The translations under genes and the position numbers were made by a program. The notes below the pieces were generated by a model that was not told where the DNA came from, did no database searches, and worked only from the letters and a program-made list of their open reading frames with translations. From Hyphomicrobiales bacterium (GTDB taxonomy: Bacteria; Pseudomonadota; Alphaproteobacteria; Rhizobiales; Hyphomicrobiaceae), in assembly GCA_025353015.1 (NCBI GenBank), contig JANXRM010000218.1:271-64270 (forward strand): a stretch of DNA of 64,000 nt, written 5' to 3'. Below are positions 35,954 through 46,316 of the stretch, piece after piece; within the stretch, counting starts at the first letter, position 1; each line of letters opens with the position of its first letter.

Positions 35954-37471
35954 ATGGGTGAGGCAACCCCTCAAGGTGGCCTGTTCAGCATCAGCGGCAG
36001 GCAATGGCTGATTCTGCTGATGGTTCAGCTTGCCAACATGCTGTTCGGCATGACGATCACGCTCGCCAATCTCGTGCTCCCGCAGGTGCGCGGTACATTC
36101 TCCGCCACTCAGGACGAAATTGCCTGGGTGATCACGCTGAACCTGGTCGCGACAGCCGTCGCCACGCCCATGACCGGTTGGATGTCGAACCGACTCGGCT
36201 GGCGCACCATGATGTTCGGCACCGTTTTCGGATTTACCTGCGCCTCGTTCCTGTGCGGCATCGCCAACAGCCTGGAAACGCTGATCTTCGCCCGCATCGC
36301 CCAAGGTGCCTTCGGCGCCCCGATCATGCCGATGGGCCAGGCGATCCTACTGGCCACGTTTCCGCGCCATCTGCAGCCGGTCGCCCTGGTCATGTGGGGC
36401 GTGGGCGCGGTGTTCGGCCCCGTTGTCGGCCCCATTCTCGGCGCCATGGCGACCGACGCCTACAACTGGCGCGCGGCCTTCTTCATGATCGTGCCGCCGG
36501 GCCTCTGCACGCTGGTTTGCATCTGGTTCGCCCTCGCTGGCTACAACGAGCGAAAAACCATCGCCTTCGACTGGACCGGGTTTCTGGCGCTCTCCACATC
36601 AGTGGTTTGCGCACAGCTCATTTTCGATCGTGGCCAGCGGCTCGACTGGTTCGACTCCCAGGAGATCATCACCTATGCCTTCACCGGCGTTCTGGCGTTC
36701 TGGATCTTCGTCGTGCACTGCCTGACGGCGGAAAAACCGTTCCTCAACCCTCGATTACTTCTCGACCGCAACTTTTCAGTCGGCGTCCTCATCGCCTTCG
36801 TCATGGGCATGCTGAATTTTACGAGCCTCGTGCTGTTCCCGAGCCTGCTGCATGATTTGCGCGGCTACCCCGACGATGTCATCGGCACCCTGATCGCCGC
36901 CCGCGGACTCGGCAATTGGACGGCCTTCTTTTTCATCGCTCAACTAACCCGGGTGGCGCCGCGCCTGGCCATCGGCGCCGGCCTCGCAATTCAGGCGACC
37001 GGTGGCTTCTGGATGGCGCAATTCGACATTAATGTCTCCGATTTCAGCGTGTTCTGGAGCCATTATTTGATGGGTCTCGGCCAGAGCGTTTCGTTCACGC
37101 CCATGACCGTGATGGCCTTCACGACCTTGCCCCGTCACCAGATCACCGAGGGCTCCGCCGTTTTCACGATGATGCGCAACTTCGGCTCGAGCCTGTTCAT
37201 CTCGCTGGCCGTGCTTGTTCTGGTGCGCTCCACCAGCATCAACTACGCCCGATTGACGGAGTTCATCACGCCCTATCGCGAAGCCATGACGCTGTTGCCC
37301 GCGCCGTGGAGCCCTGACACGACCTTGGGGCTCCTGCGCATCTCGAACGAAATCCAGCGCCAGGCAGCGATGATCGGCTACGTCAATGCCTTCTATCTCA
37401 TGGCCTTCACGGCTGCCGCGGCGGTGCCGTTGTCCCTCCTGCTGCGCTCGGTCGCGCGCGAGCCACAATAG
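35954..37471 (+). CDS. MFS transporter, DHA2 (EmrB/QacA-like, 14 TM)
   Basis: 505 aa with about 14 hydrophobic segments and the MFS motif GWMSNRLGWR. Confidence 0.8.
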   Translation: MGEATPQGGLFSISGRQWLILLMVQLANMLFGMTITLANLVLPQVRGTFSATQDEIAWVITLNLVATAVATPMTGWMSNRLGWRTMMFGTVFGFTCASFLCGIANSLETLIFARIAQGAFGAPIMPMGQAILLATFPRHLQPVALVMWGVGAVFGPVVGPILGAMATDAYNWRAAFFMIVPPGLCTLVCIWFALAGYNERKTIAFDWTGFLALSTSVVCAQLIFDRGQRLDWFDSQEIITYAFTGVLAFWIFVVHCLTAEKPFLNPRLLLDRNFSVGVLIAFVMGMLNFTSLVLFPSLLHDLRGYPDDVIGTLIAARGLGNWTAFFFIAQLTRVAPRLAIGAGLAIQATGGFWMAQFDINVSDFSVFWSHYLMGLGQSVSFTPMTVMAFTTLPRHQITEGSAVFTMMRNFGSSLFISLAVLVLVRSTSINYARLTEFITPYREAMTLLPAPWSPDTTLGLLRISNEIQRQAAMIGYVNAFYLMAFTAAAAVPLSLLLRSVAREPQ

Positions 37472-37575
37472 CGCCAATTGCCTGCCAGCTGCTCTTGACT
37501 TGGGACCCGGTCTTTCCGACCCTCAGATCGACGACGACGACACAACCGTAAACGCAATGGAACTTGGGGGCAGAC

Positions 37576-39669
37576 GTGCAGCGCTATTCGCTCGGCATCG
37601 ATATCGGCGGCACGTTCACCGACATCGTTGTCTACAACACGGTGACCGGGGCGCAGTCGAGCCACAAGGAACTGACCACCCACGACGATCCATCGAAAGC
37701 TGTCATGACCGCGATCGAGCGCGTCATTTCAAGCAACGCCATTCCGGCCGAAACCATCACCCGCGTCGTGCACGCAACGACGTTGTTCACGAATGCATTG
37801 ATCGAGCGGAAGGGCGCGGTCACCGGCCTCATCACCACTGAGGGCTTTCGCGACACCTTGGAAATCGGCCGCGAACGCAAATACGAGCTTTACGACATCC
37901 ACATCCGCAAGCCCGAACCGTTGGTCCCGCGCGACCTCAGGCTCGAAGTTCCGGAGCGCATGCTGGTCGATGGCCGGGTGCGAACGCCGCTCGACATGAA
38001 TGCCCTGCTCGCAGCAACGGAGCAGCTCGTAAAATCCGGCGCAACCTCCCTGGCGCTGGTCTTTCTCCACTCCTATGCCAACCCGCGCCATGAGGCGGAC
38101 GCCCAGGCCGCCATCGCCAAGCGGTTCCCACACCTCCACGTCAGCGCGTCGATCGATGTAGCACCCGAGATTCGCGAGTTTGAGCGCACCTCCACGACCT
38201 GCGCCAACGCCTATATCAAGCCGCTAGCGGAGAGTTACCTCTCGACGCTCGCCCGCGAGATCGCCGCCCGCGGCATTCCGGCGCCGTTGCTGATGATGCT
38301 CTCCAACGGTGGTCTTGCAGGCATTGCCGAGGCCAAGCGCTCCCCCGTCCAGCTGTTGGAATCGGGCCCCGCTGCCGGCGCCCTTGCCGCAGCCACGCTC
38401 GGTGCCGACGACGGCGGCAAACACGTGCTCGCGTTCGACATGGGCGGCACGACGGCGAAACTCAGTGTCGTCGATGACGGTCAGCCTAAAATCGCTTACG
38501 CCTTCGAGGCCGCGCGCCAAAAACGCTTCGTCGAAGGCAGCGGCTTACCGATCCGCATCTCCACGATCGAATTGATCGAGATCGGAGCAGGTGGTGGAAG
38601 CATCGCGCATTTGGACGAGGTCGGCTTGTTGAAGGTCGGGCCGCAAAGCGCTGGCTCCGAGCCCGGCCCCGCCGCCTATGGCCTGGGCGGCACCAAGCCG
38701 ACAGTGACCGATGCCGATTTTCTTCTGGGCTATCTCAGCCCGGACTTTTTCGCCGGCGGCACCATGACCATCGACATGGCGGCTGTCGCGGCAGCCTTCA
38801 AACCGCTGGTAACCGCGGCGAACCTCGACGTGACAGCGCTCGCCTGGGGCATCCACGACCTCGTCAACGAGAACATGGCCAACGCCGCCCGCGTCCACAT
38901 CGCCGAGCATGGCAAGGACCCGCGCGGCTACGCGCTTCTTTCGACCGGCGGCGCCGGTCCCGTCCACGCTTGTCACGTCGCAAAAAAGCTCGGTCTGAAA
39001 TACCTGATCGCGCCGCGCTCGGCCGGCGTCGCATCAGCGCTCGGCCTCCTGGTGGCCCCGGCACGCGTCGACCGCGTGGCAACCGTCGCTCGCGAGTTCG
39101 ACCAGATCGTCTGGGACGATCTCGAAGCCACATTCGTCCGCCTGGAACGCGATACCCGCGCGGTTATCGCAGAAACCGGACTTGACCCAAAGACGGCGGC
39201 CATCGCCCGCCTCGCCGACGTGCGCTATGTCGGCCAGGCCTCGGAACTGGTCGTGCCGCTGCCGTCAGGACCCTACACGCCCACGTCCCGCGCCGCATTC
39301 GACGCCGCCTTCGCAGCGAGTTACCGGGCATCGTTCACCCGCACGCCACCTTCCAAACAGGTGGAGATCATCAACATCCGCGTCACGGCGAGCGCCATCG
39401 TCCCGGGCGCCGCGCGCGTCATGACTGCAGCAAATGGCAGCGACCGCCAAAGCGCTCCGGCGAAAATCAAAGGCACTCGGCCCGCCTATTTCCCGGAGTG
39501 GCGGGAATACCGCCCCACCCAGGTCTACGACCGCGACGCGCTCGTCGCCGGCGACGCGTTCAAAGGCCCCGCCATCATCGAGGAACAATCGTCGACCTTG
39601 ATCGTCACACCTGGCACCAGCTTCGCAGTCGCCGCCAGCGGTAATATCATCGTGACGTTGGTAGGCTAA
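37576..39669 (+). CDS. Hydantoinase/oxoprolinase family protein (HyuA type, A subunit only)
   Basis: GTG 37576 gives (M)QRYSLGIDIGGTFTD, the canonical N-terminus. It also has DMGGTTAK and an ASKHA-fold pattern. No HyuB partner is adjacent. Confidence 0.8.
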   Translation: MQRYSLGIDIGGTFTDIVVYNTVTGAQSSHKELTTHDDPSKAVMTAIERVISSNAIPAETITRVVHATTLFTNALIERKGAVTGLITTEGFRDTLEIGRERKYELYDIHIRKPEPLVPRDLRLEVPERMLVDGRVRTPLDMNALLAATEQLVKSGATSLALVFLHSYANPRHEADAQAAIAKRFPHLHVSASIDVAPEIREFERTSTTCANAYIKPLAESYLSTLAREIAARGIPAPLLMMLSNGGLAGIAEAKRSPVQLLESGPAAGALAAATLGADDGGKHVLAFDMGGTTAKLSVVDDGQPKIAYAFEAARQKRFVEGSGLPIRISTIELIEIGAGGGSIAHLDEVGLLKVGPQSAGSEPGPAAYGLGGTKPTVTDADFLLGYLSPDFFAGGTMTIDMAAVAAAFKPLVTAANLDVTALAWGIHDLVNENMANAARVHIAEHGKDPRGYALLSTGGAGPVHACHVAKKLGLKYLIAPRSAGVASALGLLVAPARVDRVATVAREFDQIVWDDLEATFVRLERDTRAVIAETGLDPKTAAIARLADVRYVGQASELVVPLPSGPYTPTSRAAFDAAFAASYRASFTRTPPSKQVEIINIRVTASAIVPGAARVMTAANGSDRQSAPAKIKGTRPAYFPEWREYRPTQVYDRDALVAGDAFKGPAIIEEQSSTLIVTPGTSFAVAASGNIIVTLVG

Positions 39670-39781
39670 GACGGCCAGAATCAGGTGCCCGGCGTCAACC
39701 TGACACCGCCGCGGGCTCCCGAGGTGGCAGTCTGATGCCAGACACCCCGGTCGGCCACTCCCAACTTCAACCGCGCACGCA

Positions 39782-40306
39782 TCACTGACCACGCAGCGCC
39801 CGCGCCAACCGCTCGATCGCTTCGGCCTCGATGCTGCCGACGGGGCTGGCTGCGGCAGCAACCGCACCCAACATTTCGACCAGCTCCCGGTGCTGTTCAG
39901 CGCCAAGCTTCCGCATCACGGGCGTCAGCTTGCGCAAGCCTTCGCCCAGGTCGCGCACATCGCGCACCAGCCACCGGGCGTAAGTCATCATCTCCTCGGC
40001 ATTCTTACCTTTGGTTTCGAATTTTGCCGTGATCTGCCGCCGGATTTCGGCGTGCTCGCGCTCTGTGACCGCGCCATCCGACTGCGCCACCGCCACCATC
40101 ATGGCGACCGCTGCCACGCGCGGATCATCGACCAACGTGAGAGGATCGGCGTTGGCCTTTTTCAGCCACCGCCAGCGGCGCCACCAACTCGTCAAGTCCT
40201 GCGCGCTTTCGCCCAAACCTTTGGCTGCCTCGGCGGCCGTATGCAGGCGCCACAGCACCATCCCGAGCGCACCCATCACGGCAGCAATCAAACCGAGAAT
40301 ATGCAT
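39782..40306 (-). CDS. TerB-family (tellurite-resistance/DjlA N-domain-like) membrane-anchored protein
   Basis: N-terminal TM helix, then AAVAMMVAVAQSDGAVTEREHAEI..., typical of the TerB fold. Confidence 0.6.
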   Translation of the reverse strand: MHILGLIAAVMGALGMVLWRLHTAAEAAKGLGESAQDLTSWWRRWRWLKKANADPLTLVDDPRVAAVAMMVAVAQSDGAVTEREHAEIRRQITAKFETKGKNAEEMMTYARWLVRDVRDLGEGLRKLTPVMRKLGAEQHRELVEMLGAVAAAASPVGSIEAEAIERLARALRGQ

Positions 40307-40625
40307 CGTCTGCTCCCTGTCGAGGGATAGCGTACACGAAGCATGTTAAAGAACCCGCGCTCGAACCTGCAGACATTCGAGACTGCGGCAGCTGTTCGTT
40401 CGCGCCGCGCCGTGACTTCTGCTCATACGGCGATTGCGACGCGCTCCGCAGGTTACTTTTTGTTAACCAATTTTCGTCAACGTCCGGGCGCGGTTCGGCC
40501 TTGATGTTGGTGCACCAGTCACCCCGGCGCCAATCGCCCGGGAGACCTGTGTGCGTATCGTAACCTGTGTGCGTAACAACGAATTCACTCGATCGGCCAG
40601 CCGGCCAATCGCCCCGCTCTGGTCG

Positions 40626-41726
40626 ATGACCCTGGCGGCAACAGTGGCAGCACCATTTTTGCTTGCCGTGTTGACGGGGCCAGCCGCAGCGCAAGACCAA
40701 GCCACCATCAAGGATCGCCATATCGGCGCATCGCGAACGCGTGCGGCATCGACACCACGCAGCGAGGGTGATCAGGCCGTTGTCGATGGCTGGCCGCTTT
40801 ACCGCACGGAAAAAGGCCAGGCCGCGTTCAACGACACCATGGCGACCCTAAAGGCCACCGACGCCGCAGCACCAGCCGCCACGGTCTTCAAATCCTGCCC
40901 CGAACTACAGTGCAATCTCACACTGCCCGCCATCGGTTCTGACGGCTGGATTCCCGCTGGCCGCATCTGGGTATCGTCCGAGAATTACGTGCTGATCGTG
41001 CACAGCCCGCGCCTGCGTCAGGGGCAATCCTACCGCCGCCGCCCGTTCAAAAGCATGCGCGTGTTCGTCTATCACGAGTTCCACAACGGCTCGCGCAACA
41101 CCGATACGCCCGACACGATCTCATCGCACAGCGGCTCTGTCTATGTGCCCTTCTACATGAGCAAACAAGGCACCGACGCCCAGGGACGGCATTTCGTGGC
41201 AATCGTCCAAGTGGCGCCCTACGACGTCGTCAGCATCCACGCGACCAATCACGGCAGCGCCGGCCCGGGCATCGAAGTCGCGAAAAACGTCAATGATTCG
41301 CTCGAGCCACTACAGGCCCAAGCCGGCGTTGTGATCGGCACGATCATCAAAGCTGCAGCCCCGCATGTCCGCGTCGTCAACCATCGCGGCACCGAGGGCC
41401 AGCCGATGCTGTCGGCCTACGAGCGGCAGGTATCGGCGGCCCGTGCGCGGCCCGGTTCCGCGTCCGTGACCTTGCCGTTTGCGCCGGCACCAGCCCAGCG
41501 CGTCGCCGCAGTCACGGCCAGCCTGGACGACCTTATCCTGGCTCGCGGCGCATCGCCGCGTATCCCAGTTGCCGAGCGGGCCATCACAGGTCCGCAGCTC
41601 GTGCGCACCACAACGCTCGCAACGCGCGAGCCGGTCCTGATCGAGCCCCCCAAGCGCGCCACCCCGCCGGAATGCATGCTCGACCGCGCAGTCCCCTGCC
41701 GGATGCAGACGAAACTGGAGCGATAA
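40626..41726 (+). CDS. Secreted hypothetical protein with a possible Amidase_2/PGRP-like domain
   Basis: Trimmed to ATG 40626 (signal peptide ...LTGPAAAQ). The central [11 protein letters not shown]...VSIHATNHG...GIEVAKN...VVNHRG resembles the N-acetylmuramoyl-L-alanine amidase (AmpD/PGRP) motif order. Confidence 0.4.
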   Translation: MTLAATVAAPFLLAVLTGPAAAQDQATIKDRHIGASRTRAASTPRSEGDQAVVDGWPLYRTEKGQAAFNDTMATLKATDAAAPAATVFKSCPELQCNLTLPAIGSDGWIPAGRIWVSSENYVLIVHSPRLRQGQSYRRRPFKSMRVFVYHEFHNGSRNTDTPDTISSHSGSVYVPFYMSKQGTDAQGRHFVAIVQVAPYDVVSIHATNHGSAGPGIEVAKNVNDSLEPLQAQAGVVIGTIIKAAAPHVRVVNHRGTEGQPMLSAYERQVSAARARPGSASVTLPFAPAPAQRVAAVTASLDDLILARGASPRIPVAERAITGPQLVRTTTLATREPVLIEPPKRATPPECMLDRAVPCRMQTKLER

Positions 41727-41824
41727 GCGCTCCAGGCGCCGTGCATTCGCCAGATCCGCCGCATTCGCGCGTTCGCCAAAATCAGGTTAATGTCCGGTCC
41801 AGCACCAACAGCGGACCGGACAGA

Positions 41825-42820
41825 ATGACCATTCGATCTATCGGCGTCATTGGCGCGGGAGCCTGGGGAACGGCCTTGGCACAGACGGCGCGGCTCGCCG
41901 GCCGCGATGTCGTGCTTTGGGCCCGCGAGCCAGACGTCTGTCGGGAAATCAACGCAGAGCACAGCAACCAAGTGTTTCTGCCAGGCGTCAAACTCGATAG
42001 CGGCCTGACTGCCACCAGCGATTTGGCCCATATCGCCCGCAACGACGCCATCTTGATGGTCGCGCCGGCCCAGCACGTCCGCAGCGTCGCCACGGATCTG
42101 GCAAGACATCTGAAACCGGGCACGCCGGTCGTCATCTGTGCCAAGGGCCTTGAACAGGCCACCGGCAAGATGATGGGCACGGTGCTCGCCGAAGCCTTGC
42201 CGGTCGCCACCGAGGCCGTCCTGTCCGGCCCGAGTTTCGCAGCCGACGTCGCCCGCGGTTTGCCGGCAGCCCTCACGCTCGCCTGTCGCGATGAAGCCCT
42301 GGGCAAAGCACTCGTCGAAGCCATCGGCTACCGCAATTTCCGCCTCTATTGGTCATCGGACACAACAGGCGTGGAACTCGGAGGTGCTCTGAAGAACGTC
42401 CTCGCGATCGCAGCCGGCATCGTCGACGGTAAAGGCTTCGGCGCCAGCGCCCACGCCGCCCTCGTCACCCGTGGTTTCTCGGAAATGCGACGGTTCGGAG
42501 CAGCCCTCGGCGCGCGTCCTGAAACGCTGGCGGGCTTGTCCGGCCTCGGCGACCTGCTGCTCACCTGCGGCAGCCCGCAATCGCGCAACATGAGCCTCGG
42601 CCGTGCCCTCGCCCAAGGCCAGAAACTCGCCGATGTCCTGGGGTCCCGACGGTCCGTTGCGGAGGGCGTGTTTACCGCGGCAGCCGTCGTCCGCGTGGCC
42701 GCCGAAAAAGGCGTCGAGATGCCGATAGCGTCAGCGGTTCACGCCATCGTCGAAGGCCGCCTCGACGTCGACGCCGCGATTGAGGGCTTACTGTCCCGCC
42801 CGTTTCGCGCGGAGGGATGA
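41825..42820 (+). CDS. gpsA: NAD(P)H-dependent glycerol-3-phosphate dehydrogenase
   Basis: Trimmed to ATG 41825 ([19 protein letters not shown]...). It has [13 protein letters not shown] and [10 protein letters not shown] motifs. Confidence 0.9.
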   Translation: MTIRSIGVIGAGAWGTALAQTARLAGRDVVLWAREPDVCREINAEHSNQVFLPGVKLDSGLTATSDLAHIARNDAILMVAPAQHVRSVATDLARHLKPGTPVVICAKGLEQATGKMMGTVLAEALPVATEAVLSGPSFAADVARGLPAALTLACRDEALGKALVEAIGYRNFRLYWSSDTTGVELGGALKNVLAIAAGIVDGKGFGASAHAALVTRGFSEMRRFGAALGARPETLAGLSGLGDLLLTCGSPQSRNMSLGRALAQGQKLADVLGSRRSVAEGVFTAAAVVRVAAEKGVEMPIASAVHAIVEGRLDVDAAIEGLLSRPFRAEG

Positions 42821-42891
42821 TCTAAAGCGGATTGATGCAATTCGGGTTCGATGTGAGCACAATCGCAGTTCGAGCCTTACCTCGCCAGCCC

Positions 42892-42932
42892 GTAGGTTGG
42901 GTCAAGCTCTGCCCTTGCGCGACCCAACCTAC
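42892..42932. repeat. REP-like perfect 12-bp inverted repeat (gtaggttgggtc-N17-gacccaacctac)
   Basis: Read directly between convergent gpsA and cpdR. It has no U-tract and may act as a bidirectional terminator or stabiliser. Confidence 0.6.
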
Positions 42933-42960
42933 AAGTGACGCCGCATGTCGCGGAACGCCA

Positions 42961-43320
42961 TCACGCCGCCATCAATTCCCTTATCTCCTTGCGCAACTGC
43001 TCGATGGTGAACGGCTTCGCCAGGCACCGCACCGCTCCAGACTTGAGCCCGCGCGCCGTCTCGAGTATCTCGGCGTGCCCCGAAATCATCACCACGCGCA
43101 AACCAGGCTTGAGCGCGAACGCTTTCTCCGCCAACGCGATGCCGTCGAGTCCTGGCATCTGCACATCCGACACAAGCACATCGAAGGCCACCGTCCCGAG
43201 TGTCCCGAGCGCCTCGTTGCCGTCCCCCACTGTCGTCACGGAATGGCCGTCGATCTCGAGGGCCCTGCGCATGAAATCGAGGGCACCTTGGTCGTCATCA
43301 GCCAGAAGAATTCGCGCCAT
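42961..43320 (-). CDS. cpdR: Single-domain response regulator, CpdR-like
   Basis: Trimmed to ATG 43320 (MARILLADDD...). It has a receiver domain with a DVQMPGLDG phospho-acceptor region. The conserved hpt-cpdR neighbourhood is found in Alphaproteobacteria. Confidence 0.75.
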   Translation of the reverse strand: MARILLADDDQGALDFMRRALEIDGHSVTTVGDGNEALGTLGTVAFDVLVSDVQMPGLDGIALAEKAFALKPGLRVVMISGHAEILETARGLKSGAVRCLAKPFTIEQLRKEIRELMAA

Positions 43321-43336
43321 CTGCGTCTCCCCACGC

Positions 43337-43885
43337 TCAAGCTTCCGCAATGCGTCCAACGAACGGTAGCTCCCGGTAGCGGTGCGCCAGATCCATGCCG
43401 TAACCGACCACGAACACCGGCGGGCAGTCGAACGCCACATAGTCGGCCGAAATATCCACGGCCCGTCGCACCTTTTTGTTCAGCAGCACGCACGTGCCGA
43501 TCCGGCGGGCACCGCGCGCCGCTACCAGATCTTTGGCGTAGGCAAGCGTCCGGCCGGTATCCAGGATGTCGTCCACCAGCAGCACGTCCCGCTCCGAGAC
43601 GTCGAGTTCCATATCTCGCAGGATATCGACACTGCCCGACGATTTCGTTCCCCGCCGGTAGCTGGCGAGCGACAGGAAATCCACTTCCGGCGAGAGCCCG
43701 GCCCGATGCAGCCCGCGTAGCAAGTCTGCCGAAAAAACGAAGCTTCCCGTCAGAATCGGAATGACCAGCAATCGATCAAATTTCGCCGCCATGATTTCGC
43801 GGGAGAGCGCTTCAATACGCTCCGCGATCGTTGCTGGAGAAAAAACCACCTCGATACCATCAGGTCTAGAGCTTGTTTGGTCCAT
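43337..43885 (-). CDS. hpt: Hypoxanthine phosphoribosyltransferase
   Basis: PRPP-binding motif VLLVDDILDTGRTL; 182 aa. Confidence 0.9.
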   Translation of the reverse strand: MDQTSSRPDGIEVVFSPATIAERIEALSREIMAAKFDRLLVIPILTGSFVFSADLLRGLHRAGLSPEVDFLSLASYRRGTKSSGSVDILRDMELDVSERDVLLVDDILDTGRTLAYAKDLVAARGARRIGTCVLLNKKVRRAVDISADYVAFDCPPVFVVGYGMDLAHRYRELPFVGRIAEA

Positions 43886-44037
43886 CGCTTCCTGCCGAAT
43901 AGGTCATGCACGACACCAATAACGCCGCATGCGCAACCGCATGCTACCAGAACGCGGCCGAATGGCGAACGGATTGGCGGCCACCACATCCAGGTGCAAC
44001 CCACTCGGATGGGGACAACACCCGTCACCGTCAGGAC

Positions 44038-44046
44038 TTATCCACA
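44038..44046 (+). promoter_or_regulatory. Perfect DnaA box TTATCCACA in the hpt/ftsE divergent region
   Basis: Read directly. A single 9-mer could be chance. Confidence 0.2.
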
Positions 44047-44231
44047 TCCCATCTTTGCCTGAATCATGGACGATGCATACGCGGTAGGATGCCCAGATCG
44101 GAAGTCGGCACGATCGCCAATAGCCTTCTCATGATTGACGTACCTAGATCACGGGGCGGGCTTACAAATTCGACCGAAGCAGATTAATTGATTCGGCAAG
44201 CGACTGATTTGAGAACCAAGCGGGATACGGC

Positions 44232-44888
44232 GTGATCAAGCTGCAGAACGTCGGCCTCAAATATGGACGCGGGCAGGAGGTGCTTCGCGACGTGAGCTTC
44301 CATTTGCGTCCCGGCTCGTTTCACTTTTTGACCGGGCCGTCGGGCGCCGGCAAGTCCTCGTTGTTGCGCATGTTGTTTCTCTCGCAATCGCCGACGAGAG
44401 GACAAATAAATCTATTTTCCCAAGATGTTAGCCGCGTCGAAGCCAGCCAGCGCGCGCAGTTGCGCCGGCGCATCGGCATCGTCTTCCAGGACTTCAGGTT
44501 GCTGGACCACCTCACGACCTGGCAGAATGTTGCCTTGCCGCTTCGCGTCGTCGGCAAACGCGAAAGCGACTATAAGGAAGACGTGACCGACCTTCTGCAA
44601 TGGGTTGGCCTCGGCGAGCGGATGGACCATTTCCCGTCCGTCCTGTCGGGCGGGGAGAAGCAGCGCGCCGCCATCGCTCGCGCCGTCATAGGTAAGCCGG
44701 AGCTTTTGCTCGCAGACGAGCCGACAGGCAACGTCGACCCTCAGATGGCTCGGAGATTATTGCGTCTTTTCATCGAGTTGAACCGACTTGGCACCTCGGT
44801 CGTCATCGCCACGCACGATCATCAATTGATGCGCCAGTTCAGGGCGCCCCGGCTGGAGCTACATGACGGCAATGTCCGGATCGTTTGA
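44232..44888 (+). CDS. ftsE: Cell division ATP-binding protein FtsE
   Basis: GTG start (M)[11 protein letters not shown]. It has Walker [10 protein letters not shown], signature LSGGEKQR and Walker [13 protein letters not shown], and is followed by ftsX. Confidence 0.9.
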   Translation: MIKLQNVGLKYGRGQEVLRDVSFHLRPGSFHFLTGPSGAGKSSLLRMLFLSQSPTRGQINLFSQDVSRVEASQRAQLRRRIGIVFQDFRLLDHLTTWQNVALPLRVVGKRESDYKEDVTDLLQWVGLGERMDHFPSVLSGGEKQRAAIARAVIGKPELLLADEPTGNVDPQMARRLLRLFIELNRLGTSVVIATHDHQLMRQFRAPRLELHDGNVRIV

Positions 44889-46221
44889 CAGACCACCAGG
44901 TCGGCCTCCCGCCCCCCCACCAGGTCACCCAGCGGGTCGCACCCTGCCGTTACCCCCGCCCGCCACGCCGCGGCCGCGGCTCGACACCTATACCAACGCG
45001 CCGAATTTGCTCTCCGGACCAGCACAGGGTCAGCCGCAACTTAGCCAGAGCCAACCAGGATCCAATCAGGCCGAGCTGACACAGTCGGGACCGGGATCGA
45101 GCCAGCCGGGACACGCACCGCAGGCGCTGCAGTCGCCCGCTCACCGTTCACAATCGCAAAATCCCCAACAATCGTTCCGGCTCCCCGAACCATCGGCCCA
45201 CGCGGCAGAGCATCGGCCATATCCACCTGAATACCACGACGCCTCGCGGCCTGAACTCGAGCCGTCGCTGGACCACGAGCTTCGTGCCGAACAGCGGCAG
45301 CCCGACAAAATAGATCCGCAGATTTCCAACGCACCGATCGTGCCCGCGGGGTCCGTCACCGGCCAGTCGCTGACGCTCGTCATTTCGATCATGTGTTTCC
45401 TGGCCTGCCTGACCGCCGGCGCCGTATACATGATCAACCAATCGGCGTCCGCCTGGCTTCGTGACATCTCGAGCGAAGTGACCGTCCAGATCGAGCCGCG
45501 CGAGAAAATCGATACCGAACGGCAGGTCAAAGACGTCGCTGCATTCCTTGCAAAGCAACCGGGTGTCAAAGGCGTCAATCCTATGAGCCTCGACGCCTCG
45601 GCCGCTTTGATCGAGCCGTGGCTCGGCACGTCTGAAGGCTTGAAGGCCTTGCCGATACCGCGCCTGATCGCGATCGATCTCGATCGTTCAGCACCGCCTG
45701 ACTTCGCAGCCCTTCGCAAAAGCCTGACCGAAACCTTTCCAGGCGTCACACTTGACGATCACCGGCATTGGCAGCAACAGATCCGCACCGTCACTCATTC
45801 GCTGGCACTCGGTGGCCTCGCCATTCTGATGCTGGTTGGCGCGGCCACCACGGCCATCATTATTTCCGCCACCCGCAGCTCCATGAGTTCCAATCGGGAA
45901 ATCGTCGAAGTTCTGCATTTTGTCGGCGCTACTGACCGCTTCATCGCCCGCGAGTTCGAACGGCATTTCCTACGTTTGGGCGTGCGCGCCGGGTTGCTCG
46001 GGGCCGCGCTTGCGATGGTCGTCTTTTTGTTGATGCCAGCCGGCATGGAGCTCCTCGGTGGCGGCGGCGTCACCATCGCGGAACTCCGTCGGTTCGTCGG
46101 CACCGGTGTGCTGGATATCGCTGGCCACGCGGTGCTTGTTGCTGTCGTTGTCGTCATCGCCGCGTTGTGCATGCTGACCTCGCGGTTCGGCGTTTACCGG
46201 ATCTTGAATTCTCAGCAGTGA
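44863..46221 (+). CDS. ftsX: Cell division permease FtsX with a ~150-aa Pro/Gln/Ser-rich N-terminal extension
   Basis: The C-terminal ~300 aa is canonical FtsX (TM1, periplasmic loop, 3 TM; EIVEVLHFVGATDRFI). No in-frame Met lies between the extension and the core. It overlaps the ftsE end by 26 nt. Confidence 0.8.
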   Translation: MTAMSGSFDRPPGRPPAPPPGHPAGRTLPLPPPATPRPRLDTYTNAPNLLSGPAQGQPQLSQSQPGSNQAELTQSGPGSSQPGHAPQALQSPAHRSQSQNPQQSFRLPEPSAHAAEHRPYPPEYHDASRPELEPSLDHELRAEQRQPDKIDPQISNAPIVPAGSVTGQSLTLVISIMCFLACLTAGAVYMINQSASAWLRDISSEVTVQIEPREKIDTERQVKDVAAFLAKQPGVKGVNPMSLDASAALIEPWLGTSEGLKALPIPRLIAIDLDRSAPPDFAALRKSLTETFPGVTLDDHRHWQQQIRTVTHSLALGGLAILMLVGAATTAIIISATRSSMSSNREIVEVLHFVGATDRFIAREFERHFLRLGVRAGLLGAALAMVVFLLMPAGMELLGGGGVTIAELRRFVGTGVLDIAGHAVLVAVVVVIAALCMLTSRFGVYRILNSQQ

Positions 46222-46316
46222 TAGTCGGGCGGGCGCCTTGGGCTTGGCGCAATCGCCTGCTTTGCTGAAATCGAAGAAGGACTATCCAGGCCTCGCAGAC
46301 TGCTCCGGATGGCCAA

